Shown here piece by piece: positions 34,647 to 36,289 of a DNA stretch of 36,289 nucleotides (the first letter of the stretch is position 1; each line of letters starts with the position of its first letter). The stretch comes from an uncultured Vampirovibrionales bacterium. GTDB lineage: Bacteria > Cyanobacteriota > Vampirovibrionia > Vampirovibrionales > Vampirovibrionaceae. The notes beneath the pieces were generated by a model, which saw nothing but the letters and a program-made list of their open reading frames with translations, was not told the DNA's origin and searched no databases. Where the stretch lies: positions 1 to 36,289 of the forward strand of contig CAYGPY010000002.1 of the NCBI GenBank assembly GCA_964351765.1. Direction: 5' to 3'. Made by a program: the position numbers and the translations under genes.

Positions 34647-36134
34647 ATGGTGACCTCTCAACAAATCGAAGCACGCTCGGCAGCCTATGCAGTAGGCACT
34701 GTGGCTAACGGCACCTACGTATCTACAAACGGGGGCGACCTAACCATTAACAATCTTAATTCCACCAGCGATGTGACTGTACTCAGTGGCATTAACAATG
34801 TGAGTGTGGGTAGCGGTGCTGGTAATGCTGTGGCAAATGTAAGGCATTTAAATTTAACAGCCACCGGTGATGCAATTGGGTACGGCTCGATAACAGGTAA
34901 CGTAGGTGCGACAGCAAGCAGAGTGTGGATGCATGATACCAACGGAGATCTTACATCCGTGGGCTTAAGTGCTTCAGGTGCATCGGGTTGGAATGGTGGT
35001 GCTGATGAAACGCTCGTTGCACAAGCCATTAATGGTGATATTAGAGGCGTAGGTTTCACCACAACAGGTGCTGGTAACATGCGCTTACAAGCTGGGTCCA
35101 CAGCCACACTGGGTACTGGTTATAGTGTGGATGTGACGAATGTTAGTGCCAATCAAAATGCAGAATTTCATTCCGCGGGTGCCGATGCAGGCGTTAGTAT
35201 TCGCGTGGGAGGTACCAGCAATGTAGGTGGTAATATCACAGCGACTGGCTACAATGCATCCAACCAGTTTGTTGGTACCACAGGTCGTGTGGATATCACC
35301 ACCACGAGTGGGAATATTGACACAGCCATGGTGTGGAGTGGTGAAGATATTTATTTAACCGCCAATAATGGAAGCATCACTCAAAATACAGCAGCCTATG
35401 GCACAGGCTATAACAACAGCAAAACTTTATACGCTGCCGATGACATTGTACTAACGGCTCAAGGTGCAGGCAGTTCCCATATTGACACAGGCGTACAAAC
35501 CTTAAGTACCACAGGTAACCTAACCGTACTGGCCAACGGTAGCACAGGTGGTACATCCATCCGCGTGATTGGGCGTGTGGATGGCAATGGTACATTTACC
35601 AACACCAGTAACGGAAATACACCAGGCGATATCTGGCTGGGCACATCATTAGGCGGGTCGGTAACCAACTTGGATGACACTAACCAAACCATGGATATTC
35701 GAGGCAATGTTGTTGCCAAATCAAACGGGACAGTTTATATGTATGGTGCCTTTGGTCTTGCGGGCACACTCGATATTATTGGTGATCGCATTGTGGCAAA
35801 TGCTGATAAGTGGAACTTAAATTTCACACGCGCTCAAACCACAGCTACCACAGGGAATGGTATTGACTTAACAGCCTATCGAGGTAACTTACTAGGTACA
35901 AACATCTCCACAGCGGGCAGTGCTAACATTGTTTTACAAGCAGGCAATTCACTTCCTCTGGACAAAATGACGCTTATAAATTTAAGCAGTGTTACCACGG
36001 CAGGTAACTTAAACGCAACGGCTTATGGAAGTAACACGGGCAATCAAACCGGCAATAGCATCACCATTACCGGTAGTACAGGTGGGAGCACAAGTACAAC
36101 ATCACATGTAAATGGTACCGTTAGCACACCCTAA
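34647..36134 (+). CDS. C-terminal part of the second TpsA-like protein (same frame as 31647-34565); probable fragment of a nonsense-interrupted gene
   Basis: The frame is open from 34581 and the first ATG is at 34647, with no SD and no signal peptide. The last ~380 aa are co-linear with the C-terminus of the 2700-aa protein. Shared landmarks are GADETL, TTGAGN.R.QAG, NGSITQ, ILQAG...DKM and ITGSTGG...GTV(S/T)TP-stop. Confidence 0.75.
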   Translation: MVTSQQIEARSAAYAVGTVANGTYVSTNGGDLTINNLNSTSDVTVLSGINNVSVGSGAGNAVANVRHLNLTATGDAIGYGSITGNVGATASRVWMHDTNGDLTSVGLSASGASGWNGGADETLVAQAINGDIRGVGFTTTGAGNMRLQAGSTATLGTGYSVDVTNVSANQNAEFHSAGADAGVSIRVGGTSNVGGNITATGYNASNQFVGTTGRVDITTTSGNIDTAMVWSGEDIYLTANNGSITQNTAAYGTGYNNSKTLYAADDIVLTAQGAGSSHIDTGVQTLSTTGNLTVLANGSTGGTSIRVIGRVDGNGTFTNTSNGNTPGDIWLGTSLGGSVTNLDDTNQTMDIRGNVVAKSNGTVYMYGAFGLAGTLDIIGDRIVANADKWNLNFTRAQTTATTGNGIDLTAYRGNLLGTNISTAGSANIVLQAGNSLPLDKMTLINLSSVTTAGNLNATAYGSNTGNQTGNSITITGSTGGSTSTTSHVNGTVSTP

Positions 36135-36289
36135 ACAATGAATATACTTTTATCAAAAACTTCTCTAATTTAATATAAATACAAAAGATAAAAGGTAAAA
36201 CATCTGGATGAAATGGTAGTTACATTTCTAAACTTGACTGCCCCCCGAAAGTTGATCAAGATCGAACTAGAGGAAATGATCATATCACA

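Noticed and set aside
24445-35719. Antisense and out-of-frame ORFs inside the two TpsA-like genes (for example 24445-24711, 25279-25578, 27505-27789, 28843-29199, 29728-30105, 32780-33187, 33893-34315, 34715-35107, 35459-35719).
   Set aside because: The reasoning is the same as above. These are shadow ORFs of highly repetitive, compositionally biased coding sequence with no translation signals.
30358-36289. Interpretation of the locus as a contact-dependent inhibition (CdiA-CT toxin plus immunity) system.
   Set aside because: The C-terminal ~380 aa are conserved between the two paralogues and not polymorphic. I see no VENN-like demarcation motif, and no small immunity-type ORF follows either gene.

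Overview
36.3-kb AT-rich (roughly 40% GC by eye) bacterial window from a diderm organism, judged from a TolC-like fragment, TPS-domain exoproteins and an SLH-domain protein. I count about 27 protein-coding genes. I saw no rRNA, tRNA, CRISPR array, transposase, integrase or phage structural genes. Nearly half the window encodes giant G/N/T-rich beta-helical surface proteins. These are (i) a 1564-aa Sec-signal protein on the minus strand (7747-12441), (ii) a 2700-aa TPS-domain (TpsA/FhaB-like) protein (23411-31513) with at least nine tandem ~190-aa modules, and (iii) a shorter paralogue (31647-36134) that carries a LamG/ConA-like lectin insertion and is split by two in-frame TAA codons. No TpsB/Omp85 partner and no autotransporter barrel is visible. 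The minus-strand giant gene heads a co-directional array. It continues with a zinc-ribbon SAM methyltransferase, a small secreted Q/T/N-rich protein and an atypical two-ring Clp/Hsp100 ATPase with a ~350-aa novel N-terminal extension. Beyond a terminator lie two paralogous secreted 2-Cys proteins. Between the giant genes lie a YbjQ / TM-YbjQ / M48-protease operon, two tandem minimal GntR-like wHTH proteins and small membrane proteins (one lmo0937-type gene is missing from the ORF track). Also here are a NarL-type response regulator with a PAS histidine kinase, an SLH-domain protein with a glycine-zipper tail, a lipoprotein with a DUF360/YvlD membrane protein, and a DAG-kinase-family lipid kinase. 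The best candidate for an undescribed system is this envelope and giant-exoprotein island, with its missing transporter and linked Hsp100-like ATPase. All family calls rest on motif recognition by eye and need HMM or structure confirmation.
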